Assembly (NCBI GenBank): GCA_965242865.1
Contig: CBDETK010000013.1
Coordinates: forward strand, 4,128,001-4,192,000
DNA from: Candidatus Latescibacterota bacterium
GTDB lineage: Bacteria; Latescibacterota; UBA2968; UBA8231
DNA length: 64,000 nucleotides
Reading direction: 5' to 3'
The translations under genes and the position numbers were made by a program. Shown here one piece after another: positions 18,364 to 27,784 of the stretch; the stretch's first letter is position 1, and each line of letters starts with the position of its first letter. The notes under the pieces were generated by a model. The model saw only the letters and a list, made by a program, of their open reading frames with translations. It did not search any database and had not been told where the DNA came from.

Positions 18364-18997
18364 TCGCGCCGAGCTGCCCGGTCGCCAGATAGGTGCGGAT
18401 GGCACTGACCGAGCGGCCGATGCCGTCCATGATCGGCTCGGAATAGGCGGCCAAGGCCGCGGGAGCAATTTCCTGCGGCCTAATTTCGTCTGGGGCCTCT
18501 TGGTAGCGGGCGCGGCCTGAGATGGACGCGGTTCGCCCGCAAACCAAGGCCGCAAAATCGTCGAGCCCGACTTCGACGAAGGCTCCTACTTCTTCGTTGA
18601 ATGCGGTTTCCCCCAAGGAGATGGGCCGCGTACAGAGATAGAAAAACTGCATGGCAGAGCACTCGGGGGCTTGGAGAGGTTGTCGCCCGAGAAAGAGCAA
18701 TTCGGTGGGGGCCAGCGCGATGCCGACTTCCTCGGCAAATTCGCGCCGCGCCGCGGCTAGGGGCGTTTCCCCGGCTTGGATGTGGCCGCCGGCCGGCGCG
18801 TCGAGGCAGCCCAAGTACGGGTCGTCGGGGCGCGAGCGGGTCTGCAATAGGGTGCGGGCCACGCCAGCGTCTGGACGCCAAGCCGCCCAGACAAAGACCA
18901 AGCCAACGCGATCTCTGTCGCGATAGGCAGCTGCGCGGTCCTTGACGCCGATGGCTCGTCCTTGGCCATTGAAGAGCGCGATGAGTTCGTCCGGCAT
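18338..18997 (-). CDS. NUDIX hydrolase (IPP-isomerase-like subfamily)
   Basis: Nudix box GGHIQAGETPLAAARREFAEEVG. Confidence 0.8.
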   Translation of the reverse strand: MPDELIALFNGQGRAIGVKDRAAAYRDRDRVGLVFVWAAWRPDAGVARTLLQTRSRPDDPYLGCLDAPAGGHIQAGETPLAAARREFAEEVGIALAPTELLFLGRQPLQAPECSAMQFFYLCTRPISLGETAFNEEVGAFVEVGLDDFAALVCGRTASISGRARYQEAPDEIRPQEIAPAALAAYSEPIMDGIGRSVSAIRTYLATGQLGATIWTPATG

Positions 18998-19004
18998 GAA
19001 GCGG

Positions 19005-19805
19005 CTACAAAAATACGGCCACAAACTGCAAGGCGAATGCGCCGACCGTGGCCAGCAGGCACAAGCCGCCAGCGAGATAAGCCCCCAAGTCCTCGCGCTG
19101 CGAGCTGCGGCTGAAGAGATAGGCCGCCGCGTACCCGCCGACGAACCCCCCGCCGTGCGCCCAGTTATCGACGCCGGGCATCACAAAGCCCATGACGAAA
19201 AGCAAGGCCGCCCACTGGAGAAATTGCCGGGTGAAAAGCTGGGCCCCAGCGCGCCGGCCGTAGGCGATGGGTGCGGCCAAGAGCCCGAAGATCGAGCCGG
19301 AGGCCCCCAGCGTGAGCTCGTGCCCCGCTAGGGTTGAGGCTAGGAAGCCGGCGATGCCGGCGACCGTGAAGATCGCAAAGAGGCGGAAGGGGCCGAAGAT
19401 CTCTTCTACCACCGGGCCGAGCTGGCGCACCCACATCATGTTGAAGAAGATGTGCAGCAGGCCGCCGTGTAGATAGATGGCGGTGATCGGCGTCCACCAG
19501 AATTTATAGGAGAAGATGGGCACGGTGCCGGTGACGCCGAGCTTAAAGCTGGCTTGGATGCTGGGCGAGAGAATCTGCATTAGGCCCTGCGTCTGAAAGA
19601 TCTCCGCTGGATCGAGGGCCAAAGCGAGCAGGTAGAGTACGCCGCAGAACACGGTGATTAAGTGTGGGAAATTTAGCTGGAGGCCGAGCCGGCGCATGGC
19701 GGCTGTCGCACCCCATAGCCCGGGTTTGCGCTGACCGCAATGGGGGCAGATTGCGGCGTCGGAACTGACGATTTTGTGGCAGCGGGGGCAGAGGATGGCG
19801 GCCAT
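19005..19805 (-). CDS. Rhomboid intramembrane serine protease with N-terminal zinc ribbon
   Basis: CPRC..CPHC, HGGLLHIFFN, GASG, DNWAHGGG. Confidence 0.92.
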   Translation of the reverse strand: MAAILCPRCHKIVSSDAAICPHCGQRKPGLWGATAAMRRLGLQLNFPHLITVFCGVLYLLALALDPAEIFQTQGLMQILSPSIQASFKLGVTGTVPIFSYKFWWTPITAIYLHGGLLHIFFNMMWVRQLGPVVEEIFGPFRLFAIFTVAGIAGFLASTLAGHELTLGASGSIFGLLAAPIAYGRRAGAQLFTRQFLQWAALLFVMGFVMPGVDNWAHGGGFVGGYAAAYLFSRSSQREDLGAYLAGGLCLLATVGAFALQFVAVFL

Positions 19806-19809
19806 CGTC

Positions 19810-21078
19810 TTAGATTCCCAGATGGTCGTTGATCTCGGCTTGGTAGGCGTTGATCTGGTCGTCGCAGACCGCGTCGACCGAGAGCGCCCGGCCGGCGACT
19901 TGCGACTCCAGCAAGCTATAGGACAGGCCCACGGCGCGAGCACCGTGCTGGGCATCCACTTCGGGCTGTCTTCCCTGCTGAATACAGACGCCGAGCTCGT
20001 GGTATTCGACGGCGATTAGCTTGCGGTCGGTCTCGGGAAAGGGAAAGCAATACTCGTGTAGCCGGTCGCCGCCGAAGAGCGCGGCCGTGGCCTCGTCGAG
20101 GCGGAAATCGGGCACGAGGTCGAACAGGGCTTGGTCGTCTAGGGGGGCTGCGCTGTCGAGGTGGAGCGCGAGGCGATTGCCCGAGCGGTCGCCGGGCAGG
20201 TCCAGCGAACCGCGGCTGCCGTGGATGGACCGTCGCGACAGGCTTTGGCCGTGGGCCGCGTGGTCTTCGATGTACTGGGCGACCGCGCCGCTTTTGAAGA
20301 GGATGGTGGCGTAGGCCGCGTCGTCCGCGGTCGCGGCAAACTCCGCGGGCATGTCTTTTTGCCAACGTTCATAGACGCCCCCTGGGGAACCGCCGCTCAG
20401 GTCGCGGCCGGCTACGGGGTTTTTGCGGATCGGCTCGTGCAGGCGCGTTTGCGCGTAGGCCGTGTCGGCTTCTCCGAGGAAGTACTCCATGATGTCGGCA
20501 AAGTGAACGCCCACGTCGAGGAGGACGCCGCTGGCGTTTTTCTGGTGCCGCCACACGGAAATGAGCATGCCGTCGCCGCCGCCCATGGCAATTTGCTGCA
20601 TCAGGCGCGGACGCCCGATGACGTCGGCGTCGAGCAGAGCTTTGGCGAGGCGGTTTACGGGGTCGCGGCGGTAGTTTTCGGCCACGGAGAGGACGCACCC
20701 GGTCTCTTGGGCTTTGGCGATCATCTGCTTGCAGGCGCGGGTGGTAAGCCCCATGGGTTTTTCGCACAGCGCGTGCCAGCCGCGCTCCATGGCCTCGATG
20801 GCCACCGTGTGGTGATGGGCCGGTAGGGTGGTGATGTCAACGGCTTGGACCGGGGCGGCCGAAGCCAGTTCCGCGAGGTCTTTGACGGGTTGGGGCCGCG
20901 TGCCTAGCCGCTCTTCGGCTTGGTCGGCGAGCGAGCGGGCGTTGTCGAGGTTGGGGTCGCAGGCCCCGACCAACTCAAAGGGCGACAGGCCCGTGCGTTG
21001 CAGTTCGGCGAGGCCGTAGAGATGGCGGTGGCCCATGCCGCCGCAGCCGACGATGGCGAGGGGCAGTTTTTCAGACAT
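19810..21078 (-). CDS. Gfo/Idh/MocA family oxidoreductase
   Basis: GCGGMG, CEKPM, AENYR, LLDVGVHFAD. Confidence 0.88.
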   Translation of the reverse strand: MSEKLPLAIVGCGGMGHRHLYGLAELQRTGLSPFELVGACDPNLDNARSLADQAEERLGTRPQPVKDLAELASAAPVQAVDITTLPAHHHTVAIEAMERGWHALCEKPMGLTTRACKQMIAKAQETGCVLSVAENYRRDPVNRLAKALLDADVIGRPRLMQQIAMGGGDGMLISVWRHQKNASGVLLDVGVHFADIMEYFLGEADTAYAQTRLHEPIRKNPVAGRDLSGGSPGGVYERWQKDMPAEFAATADDAAYATILFKSGAVAQYIEDHAAHGQSLSRRSIHGSRGSLDLPGDRSGNRLALHLDSAAPLDDQALFDLVPDFRLDEATAALFGGDRLHEYCFPFPETDRKLIAVEYHELGVCIQQGRQPEVDAQHGARAVGLSYSLLESQVAGRALSVDAVCDDQINAYQAEINDHLGI

Positions 21079-21198
21079 ATCCATCCTTTCTATAATGTAA
21101 TAGATCAATATAAGGTGCTAGGGCGATGCTCTCCACTTGAGGTTGTGGCGGTAAAGGTCCGTATATTGTTCCGTATCCATGTATAACCGGAGGATTCC

Positions 21199-21444
21199 AT
21201 GTCCCAATTGACCCGACGAGTCGAAGTGTTGTTTTCGGAGGGAATGGCGGCTCATCTGAAAGAAGTTGCCGAGCGCGAGAACGCTTCAGTGGGTACTTTG
21301 ATTCGCCAAGCTGTGCAGGAAAAGTACGGCATCGCCTCCAGCGACGAGAAGCTCGCCGCAGTAGAACGTTTGTACGCTCTCGAAGCCCCGATTGGCGACT
21401 GGGGCCTTATGGAGCACGAAATCATTGCGGGAGCACAGGCGTGA
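21199..21444 (+). CDS. CopG/RHH-type antitoxin (VapB-like)
   Basis: RBS GGAGG. Ribbon-helix-helix pattern RRVEVLF..LKEVAERENASVGTLIRQAV. C-terminal PIGDWGLMEHEI. Confidence 0.75.
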   Translation: MSQLTRRVEVLFSEGMAAHLKEVAERENASVGTLIRQAVQEKYGIASSDEKLAAVERLYALEAPIGDWGLMEHEIIAGAQA

Positions 21445-21527
21445 GGGTGCTTATAGACGCGAAATCCCCGATGGATTGGCTCGCTGCTGAGACTGAGGCC
21501 ACAGAGAGCGAGGACGATAATCCATGA
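21441..21527 (+). pseudogene. Truncated VapC/PIN toxin N-terminus
   Basis: GTGA overlap with the antitoxin stop. Translates VRVLIDAKSPM, like the PIN beta1 motif (hhhDANhPM), then diverges and stops after 28 codons. Confidence 0.55.
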
Positions 21528-22075
21528 CAACTGTCGAACATATTGCCACGGCGGCGGACTTAGAGCGACTATCGGACGACGGGTTCCGCTACGAATTAGT
21601 AGATGGGGAGGTGCGTAAGATGACGCTGGCAAGCAGTGAACACGGCAAAATCGCGATGCGCGTCGCGTGGCGCTTGGCCCAGCACGTTGAGACCCATGGC
21701 TTGGGGGCGGTGTATGCGGCGGAAACCGGGTTTCGCTTGGCGTCTGACCCGGACACGGTGCGGGCACCGGATGCGGCTTTTGTGAGTCAGGCACGGCTGG
21801 ATGCGGTTGGCGCGGTGGCTGGCTATTGGCCGGGTGCGCCCGATTTGGTGGTGGAGGTGGTTTCTCCGGGGGATCGCTCTGGGGAAGTGGCGGAAAAGGT
21901 GGCGGCTTGGCTGGCGGCAGGGACGCAGATGGTGGTGGTCATTGAGCCTCGGCAGCGCACGGTGGCGGTGCATCGTGCGGTCGGCGTCATTCGCACTTTG
22001 CGGGAAGGCGATGTGTTGGAGGGGGGAGAGGTGGTGCCGGGGTGGGAGGTGCCGGTCGCGGCGTTGTTCTCCTAG
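21524..22075 (+). CDS. Uma2 (DUF820) family endonuclease, copy 1
   Basis: RYELVDGEV, HG, RAPDAAFV, APDLVVEVVSP, WLAAG, VPGWEVPVAALF. Confidence 0.9.
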   Translation: MTTVEHIATAADLERLSDDGFRYELVDGEVRKMTLASSEHGKIAMRVAWRLAQHVETHGLGAVYAAETGFRLASDPDTVRAPDAAFVSQARLDAVGAVAGYWPGAPDLVVEVVSPGDRSGEVAEKVAAWLAAGTQMVVVIEPRQRTVAVHRAVGVIRTLREGDVLEGGEVVPGWEVPVAALFS

Positions 22076-22153
22076 TAGGGCGAGTATGCGCCGCGAGGAT
22101 CACTCAGATGAAACGTCGTGCTTACTACGTGCTTACTATATGACACCCGCCTT

Positions 22154-22208
22154 CCCGGGATCGAGGGCATCTTGCCCTCGCCGAAGGCGGGACCCCCTCG
22201 ATCCCGGA
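22154..22208. repeat. REP-like repeat family A (doublet)
   Basis: CCGGGATCGAGGGCATCTTGCCCTCGCCGAAGGCGGGACCCCCTCGATCCCGG between the Uma2 copies. Confidence 0.85.
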
Positions 22209-22281
22209 TGGAGCGGGAACAGCAGAAAAGACGTACGTAAAGTACTTAGCGCGTCGTATATAAAAGGACGGATAGAACCTT

Positions 22282-22833
22282 ATGACAATCGTCGAACGTA
22301 TTGCCACAGCGGCGGACTTAGCGCGACTATCGGACGACGGGTTCCGCTACGAATTAGTAGATGGGGAGGTGCGTAAGATGACGCCAGCAAGCAATGTACA
22401 CGGCAAGATCGCCGCGTTGGTGACGGCATCGCTAGTGCAGCACGTGCTGGTCAATCGCTTGGGGGCGGTGTATGCGGCGGAAACGGGGTTCCGCTTGGCG
22501 TCTGACCCGGACACGGTACGGGCACCGGATGCGGCTTTCGTGAGTCAGGCGCGGCTGGATGCGGTTGGCGCGGTGGCTGGCTATTGGCCGGGTGCGCCCG
22601 ATTTGGTGGTAGAGGTGGTTTCGCCGGGGGATCGCTCCGGGGAAGTGGCGGAAAAGGTGGCGGCTTGGCTGGCGGCAGGGACGCAGATGGTGGTGGTCAT
22701 TGAGCCGCGACCGCGCACGGTGGCGGTGCATCGTGCGGACGGTGTCATTTGCACTTTGCTGGAAGGCGATGTGCTAGAGGGCGGCGCGGTGGTGCCGGGG
22801 TGGGAGGTGCCGGTTGCGGCCTTGTTCGCCTAG
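22282..22833 (+). CDS. Uma2 (DUF820) family endonuclease, copy 2
   Basis: Near-identical tandem duplicate of 21524-22075. Confidence 0.9.
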   Translation: MTIVERIATAADLARLSDDGFRYELVDGEVRKMTPASNVHGKIAALVTASLVQHVLVNRLGAVYAAETGFRLASDPDTVRAPDAAFVSQARLDAVGAVAGYWPGAPDLVVEVVSPGDRSGEVAEKVAAWLAAGTQMVVVIEPRPRTVAVHRADGVICTLLEGDVLEGGAVVPGWEVPVAALFA

Positions 22834-22852
22834 GGCAGCAAGCAAGAATACG

Positions 22853-22883
22853 TAGCGGCCTGCTGGAAATCAGCAGGCCGCTA
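22853..22883. terminator. Hairpin between convergent genes
   Basis: TAGCGGCCTGCTG-GAAAT-CAGCAGGCCGCTA. Confidence 0.6.
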
Positions 22884-22894
22884 TATACAGCAAC

Positions 22895-23191
22895 CTACAA
22901 AGCATCATCATCCAATTCAGATTCAATTTTCTCTTTAGCGTCTATAAAGGTTGCCCAGAACGGGCCTTCATAAGTCAATTTTATAAATCCCCGACCTCGC
23001 CTAAGCCCTTCAAGTTGCAAGCCTACAGCTATACCTGATTCCTTATCTTCAAAAGCAGACATCCAGAACCCACAACCGGAATAGTCCAAACACTGATAAA
23101 ATTCATCCGGCTCGTCCCATAACTTCAAACCGGAAATTTCTAACACGTGGCCCTCCGGTTTTAGAATAATAAGGATATGGACGATTAGCAA
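22895..23191 (-). CDS. AT-rich hypothetical protein, probably a 5'-truncated fragment
   Basis: Protein-like composition, but TTG start without RBS and visibly lower GC than neighbours. Confidence 0.4.
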   Translation of the reverse strand: MLIVHILIILKPEGHVLEISGLKLWDEPDEFYQCLDYSGCGFWMSAFEDKESGIAVGLQLEGLRRGRGFIKLTYEGPFWATFIDAKEKIESELDDDAL

Positions 23192-23234
23192 CCTTATGAC
23201 GTCTAAATATCCAAAGGTCTTTGAACAGCGAAGC

Positions 23235-25073
23235 TCAGCCGCGCAGCGGCCCGCGCTGGGGGTCGGCGAGCGGCACCGGGGCCGAGAGCGCGATCAGCTC
23301 GGGAATGTCGAATTCGGCCAGTAGGCCAAAGCAATAAAGGGACGGGGCCGCGTCGTAAGGCAGGGGCCAGTCGATGAGGTGGCCCAAGGAATCGAGCAGG
23401 GTGTTGGTCGTCAGGGAGGCGAGGGCTTGGGGTTTTAGCGCCGCGGCGATCAGCGCGACGACCGGACAGACGCGGCCATGGGCCGTTAGGTGCAACACGC
23501 GGCTCTTTTGGCTCGCTATCGCCAGCAGCGCGAGCACTTGGCCGACTTGGATGCCGAGCGGGCGCTGGCCGGCGGTGGCAATTAGCATCTGGTGGCGCGG
23601 GTCGGCGCGGAGTTCGCCGGTAGAGAAAATATCGGCGACGAGCACCCGTCGGCCTTGCGCGAGGGCGGTGGCCAGCGGGGCCGCGACTGCACCGCGCCCG
23701 CCATCGGCGATGATCAGCTCAAGACCCCGAGGACGCGGCGGCGTATATTCGGTCAGCGGCAGGGTCCAAGTATCGTCGAGGTGCAATAGATAGTGTTGGA
23801 TGGTGCCGGCTTTGCGCTTTTGTGCGGGACTGGCTTCTTGCAGGAGCCTGTTTTTCCACTGCGGCAGCTTGAGTAATGACGCGAGCACTTGCCGTGCAGC
23901 GGCTGGCGGACGCGCTTTGCTGGCGCGCTTCCTGATCGTGCAAAGGGCGGCCTGCGCGATGGAGAGCAAGGTGGCGTTGTCGAGAGGTAAGCCGACGGCG
24001 AGGGCTTCTTCGGTTTGCAATTCGTCGCGATAGGGCAGGTCGTCGTCGGGTGTTTTTAATCCCCAGTGTTGGTTGGGAAATTTGTAGAGTTGGCGGCGAT
24101 TGTCGCGCTCGTAGTTGTGGGTGCCGGGGTCGGTGTTGTCGTAGAGGGCGATGTTGTCGCGGGCGCCGAGGAGCGCGAAGACCGGGCGAATGGGTTCGTA
24201 GATGGATTTGCGCGCCCGCCGCGTCTGGAAGCAGCAGTCGTCGTGGCGGTTGTACATGAGCAAGGTCGGGCGCGGCGCAAAGAGCGCGGAGAGCGCGTCG
24301 TAATCGGCCACCGTGCAGAGGTCGGCCGGGCATTGTTCTTGGTCGCCGATGTCCTCGATGCAGCCGCGGCGCTGCCAGACGGCCGAATGACCCGCGACCG
24401 GCACGATGACTTTGACGCGCTCGTCGAGTGCTGCGAGCAGAGCCGTTTGCCAACCGCCGCCCGACAGACCGGTCATTGCTACGCGCTCGGGATCGGCCTG
24501 GGGGTGAGCGAGCAGCACGTCAAGGCCGCGCTTCATCAACAGGTAGAACACGCCGATGCCGGCGATGCCGCACAAGTCGAGATGGCCGATGCGATTGTGT
24601 TCGACATCGGCGCGCAGCTCTCCCATCCCAAGAAATTCGGTGTTGAGTGCCAGCATGCCGCGCTTGGCGAGGTTGATGCAACGGGCCTGCTTGTAATCCA
24701 TGGCCTTGCCGCCAGCGTGGTGCCCATTGGGGTTGAGAATCGCCGGTGCCTTTTCCCCGAGCGGGTCCGGCTCGTAGAGCAGGGCCGGCACCCAGAGGCC
24801 GGGGTAGCCCTCGTAGCGCAACTTGCGGATGGTGTAGCCGGCCCCGGTCTCGATGCGGTCGCCCCAGTGGACTTGCGGCTGTTCCGCGAGGAGGCCGACG
24901 GGATGACCGCGGAAGAACAGGTCGAGAACTTGGGCGCGCAGGGCCGGGGCTTGCTCGCGCCAAGCTGCGGCCGAAGTGGGAGGTGTGAAGTGCGGCAGGT
25001 GCTCGCCGAGGAAGGCGAGGATTTGCCGGTGGGCCTTGGGGCCGATGAGCTTTCTGTGTAGGGTGCGCTGCAT
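23235..25073 (-). CDS. Acetylxylan esterase-like alpha/beta hydrolase (two-domain)
   Basis: ILNPNGH, nucleophile elbow TGLSGGG, AALDER, APRP, DDCCF, GTHNYE. Confidence 0.8.
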   Translation of the reverse strand: MQRTLHRKLIGPKAHRQILAFLGEHLPHFTPPTSAAAWREQAPALRAQVLDLFFRGHPVGLLAEQPQVHWGDRIETGAGYTIRKLRYEGYPGLWVPALLYEPDPLGEKAPAILNPNGHHAGGKAMDYKQARCINLAKRGMLALNTEFLGMGELRADVEHNRIGHLDLCGIAGIGVFYLLMKRGLDVLLAHPQADPERVAMTGLSGGGWQTALLAALDERVKVIVPVAGHSAVWQRRGCIEDIGDQEQCPADLCTVADYDALSALFAPRPTLLMYNRHDDCCFQTRRARKSIYEPIRPVFALLGARDNIALYDNTDPGTHNYERDNRRQLYKFPNQHWGLKTPDDDLPYRDELQTEEALAVGLPLDNATLLSIAQAALCTIRKRASKARPPAAARQVLASLLKLPQWKNRLLQEASPAQKRKAGTIQHYLLHLDDTWTLPLTEYTPPRPRGLELIIADGGRGAVAAPLATALAQGRRVLVADIFSTGELRADPRHQMLIATAGQRPLGIQVGQVLALLAIASQKSRVLHLTAHGRVCPVVALIAAALKPQALASLTTNTLLDSLGHLIDWPLPYDAAPSLYCFGLLAEFDIPELIALSAPVPLADPQRGPLRG

Positions 25074-25077
25074 GGAA

Positions 25078-25397
25078 TTATGGCCTTTCTCTAAGGATAT
25101 TCTCGACCAGTTTGTACACTGTTGTACTACCGAATGTACGTGGCCAATCCGCGCATGGAGGGTTATCGCGGACTTTGGCTCGACGGATAGCATCTTCGAT
25201 CATGGCGGTCGTGATCTTTCGGTGATCAAGGCCCTTGTCGTAGTTGGGAAGACGCTTCTTTAGCCGAACGAAACATTCGCTTGGCGAACCGATGTTAGTG
25301 CCATCTTCAAAATGGAGTAACAGCCAATACTCGAACTTGGGATTGCTCAGGGCGAATCCGTAAGTGGTCTGCGAAGTTTACGTCTTTTCGGCGACAT
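25078..25397 (-). pseudogene. rloB: RloB-family gene with internal out-of-frame deletion
   Basis: ATG at 25397 gives [12 protein letters not shown], which joins out of frame to [19 protein letters not shown]...PNYDKG...[12 protein letters not shown] (RloB SNPxFExWLLLH motif). Lies directly after an RloA-like ATPase. Confidence 0.8.
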
Positions 25398-26742
25398 CCG
25401 TCGTCTCCTCATTTTCTTCCGTGCGCTGAGGATTGGTGAGAACACCCTCCAACAAAATGCGAGGGATGCCCCCCAGCCGTCCCTGTAGGTAGCTTTTCCT
25501 AAGGTCCTTGTCGTAACGAACATCTTTGTATTCGCTGAAGGAAAACAGGCTGGACGCGCCGGACTTATCCCTTTCCGCCACCCACATTTCGTCTCGGCGC
25601 AGCAACTGCTGATCCATCAACATAACGTCGTGGGTCGTCAGTAACAGTTGGGTCCGAGTTTTCGTAGAGCAACGGGCTAGATATGCCTCGATCAGTTGGC
25701 GGATCAGCAGGGGATGGAGACTGCGGTCAATCTCGTCAATGACAAAGACTTTCGGCGACGTTTGCGCCGAAAGTTCGAGAAAGGTGGGTAGGAGATCAAT
25801 AACCCGTCGTGATCCATCCGATTCTTGAAAGATCTCAAACTTGGCTTCTGTGCCGTCCGATTTCGGATGAAAGGAGACCATTTTCTTTGCGATCAATTCA
25901 CCGTTCTTGCGCGTGACCACGAACCGGGCATTGACTAGTTCATCCCTCAACTGAACAGCCATGCCTTCTTCCACTTCTTCCTGAAGCATGGTCTTTAATG
26001 GATCGGGAAATGGGATGTTTTCGACTGGAACTTCTTCGCTGTCGAGATGGGCGATCCCGGTATCGAGCTGTTGCAACATCTCGTTCATAGCCGAGTGCAG
26101 TGGACCTTTCTCATCAAGGAACTGGTCAAAGGGTTCAAATCGCGAATCGGGTGCGACCAACTCGAGCGTATCCTCGAACCAGTCATAGACTGGTCTGAAG
26201 TTGTCCACCTTTTGAGATACGGAATTGGTCAGGAAAAGCTGATTGTCGCGGGTCCCCCTGAAAGCGAACTGTAGAAACGAGTCTTTGGCGAGCGATGCGT
26301 CAAAATTGATTTTTCCGTCGCGGCGTTCATAGAGCACTTTTTCACTGGTACTGGTGATTACCACGAGCCTTTCCTCTAGAACCGCCTTGCGGGTCACTGC
26401 AAAGCTGAAGTCGTAGATGGTCTCATCAATCAGCAGCTCAAAGACGAAGCGCGAGGGGTGGTTCGTCCTCTCGTCATCCAAGAGGAACGTCTCGACCGGG
26501 ATCAGGCTGTCGGGTCTAGTGCCCCTGACGACTAGCCTCTTGGCAAAATGCAGTGCTTTAAAAAAATTAGTCTTGCCCGAGGCGTTGCCTCCGTAGAGTG
26601 CTGCAATCGGAAGAACTCTCGCTTGGTACTTGCCGAGCTTGGGAACGCGTTCTCCATGCTGGCGCTCTCGGCTGGCAACCATCGAAAAGGTCGCTTGGTC
26701 GCGGAAGGACATCCAGTTTTCAACGGAGAAATTGATTATCAT
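25378..26742 (-). CDS. AAA_21 / RloA-like (AbiEii-related) ABC-type ATPase
   Basis: [56 protein letters not shown]. Confidence 0.9.
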   Translation of the reverse strand: MIINFSVENWMSFRDQATFSMVASRERQHGERVPKLGKYQARVLPIAALYGGNASGKTNFFKALHFAKRLVVRGTRPDSLIPVETFLLDDERTNHPSRFVFELLIDETIYDFSFAVTRKAVLEERLVVITSTSEKVLYERRDGKINFDASLAKDSFLQFAFRGTRDNQLFLTNSVSQKVDNFRPVYDWFEDTLELVAPDSRFEPFDQFLDEKGPLHSAMNEMLQQLDTGIAHLDSEEVPVENIPFPDPLKTMLQEEVEEGMAVQLRDELVNARFVVTRKNGELIAKKMVSFHPKSDGTEAKFEIFQESDGSRRVIDLLPTFLELSAQTSPKVFVIDEIDRSLHPLLIRQLIEAYLARCSTKTRTQLLLTTHDVMLMDQQLLRRDEMWVAERDKSGASSLFSFSEYKDVRYDKDLRKSYLQGRLGGIPRILLEGVLTNPQRTEENEETTDVAEKT

Positions 26743-26862
26743 TTTATCCTCTGCTGGTTAGATTTTTTCGTTTTATTATCTCTTAAAGTTGGGAATTCTA
26801 CTCAAAGATCAATATAAAAGAGAAAATATCTCTTTATCTAGTCTTAAATATATGAATCCTGC

Positions 26863-26891
26863 TTGACACGCCAAGTGGGGTTTGCTATCAC
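26863..26891 (+). promoter_or_regulatory. Sigma70-like promoter for the Nudix gene
   Basis: TTGACA-17 bp-TATCAC with an extended -10 TG, followed by RBS GGGAGG. Confidence 0.55.
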
Positions 26892-26916
26892 TAGCGACCA
26901 TTGAGGGAGGCGGGAT

Positions 26917-27693
26917 ATGAAACCTATTGCGGCAACGACCAATCCATTCGGCGGCATCCTTCCCAAGCCAGAGGCTCTCGACCCCGATCCGGCGGCGTTT
27001 GCCGAGCGGCTGCGCGTTTCGCTGGCGGCTTGGAAGGACGAAGGCTATCGGGTCGTCTGGCTGGAGGTCTCCATTGCCAAGGCGGCGTTGATCCCGGTAG
27101 CGGTGGAAGCTGGATTTGCATTCCACCACAGCAGCGACAGCTATCTAATGCTGACCTTGCAGATCGAAGAAGGTGCTTATGTGCCAGCCCACGCTTCGCA
27201 CTATATCGGCGCGGGCGGCGTGGTGCTCAACGAGGCGCGGGAACTGTTGGTGGTCAGCGAAAAGTACCATCGACGTGCGCCCGGGCCGCCGCGCTACAAG
27301 CTGCCCGGCGGTGCGCTGCACGCTGGCGAGCACTTGGCCGAGGCCGTGGTGCGCGAAGTCGCTGAGGAGACCGGAGTCGAGACCGAATTCGACGCGCTGG
27401 TGTGCTTCCGCCACTGGCACGGCTACCGCTTCGGCAAGTCGGATATTTACTTCGTCTGCCGCCTGCGTCCACGGAGCGCGGAGATTCGCATCCAAGAGGA
27501 CGAGATCGCCGAGTGCCGGTGGATGCCGGTGGCCGATTATCTGGCCGAGGAAAACGTCAGTGCCTTTAACAAGCGAATCGTCGAAGCGGCACTCAACAGC
27601 ACGGGGGTGCGGCTGACCGAGATGGAGGGGTACGGTACACCGGAGCAGTACGAGTTTTTCATGCCGCCGGAGTCGGGGCGGAAGGGGAGCTAA
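26917..27693 (+). CDS. NUDIX hydrolase, Nudt6/AtNUDT8-like with pre-Nudix N-domain
   Basis: SLAAW..VWL..GFAFHH..YLML, ASHYIGAGGVV, KLPGG..GE..VVREVAEETG, FGKSDIYFVC. Confidence 0.88.
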   Translation: MKPIAATTNPFGGILPKPEALDPDPAAFAERLRVSLAAWKDEGYRVVWLEVSIAKAALIPVAVEAGFAFHHSSDSYLMLTLQIEEGAYVPAHASHYIGAGGVVLNEARELLVVSEKYHRRAPGPPRYKLPGGALHAGEHLAEAVVREVAEETGVETEFDALVCFRHWHGYRFGKSDIYFVCRLRPRSAEIRIQEDEIAECRWMPVADYLAEENVSAFNKRIVEAALNSTGVRLTEMEGYGTPEQYEFFMPPESGRKGS

Positions 27694-27784
27694 AGTGATT
27701 TATCTGGATAATAATGCCACGACTTCCAAGGTCTGCCTATCCGCGACGCGATAGCGCATTCTATGCCACCCGCGCCGTTGCCCG

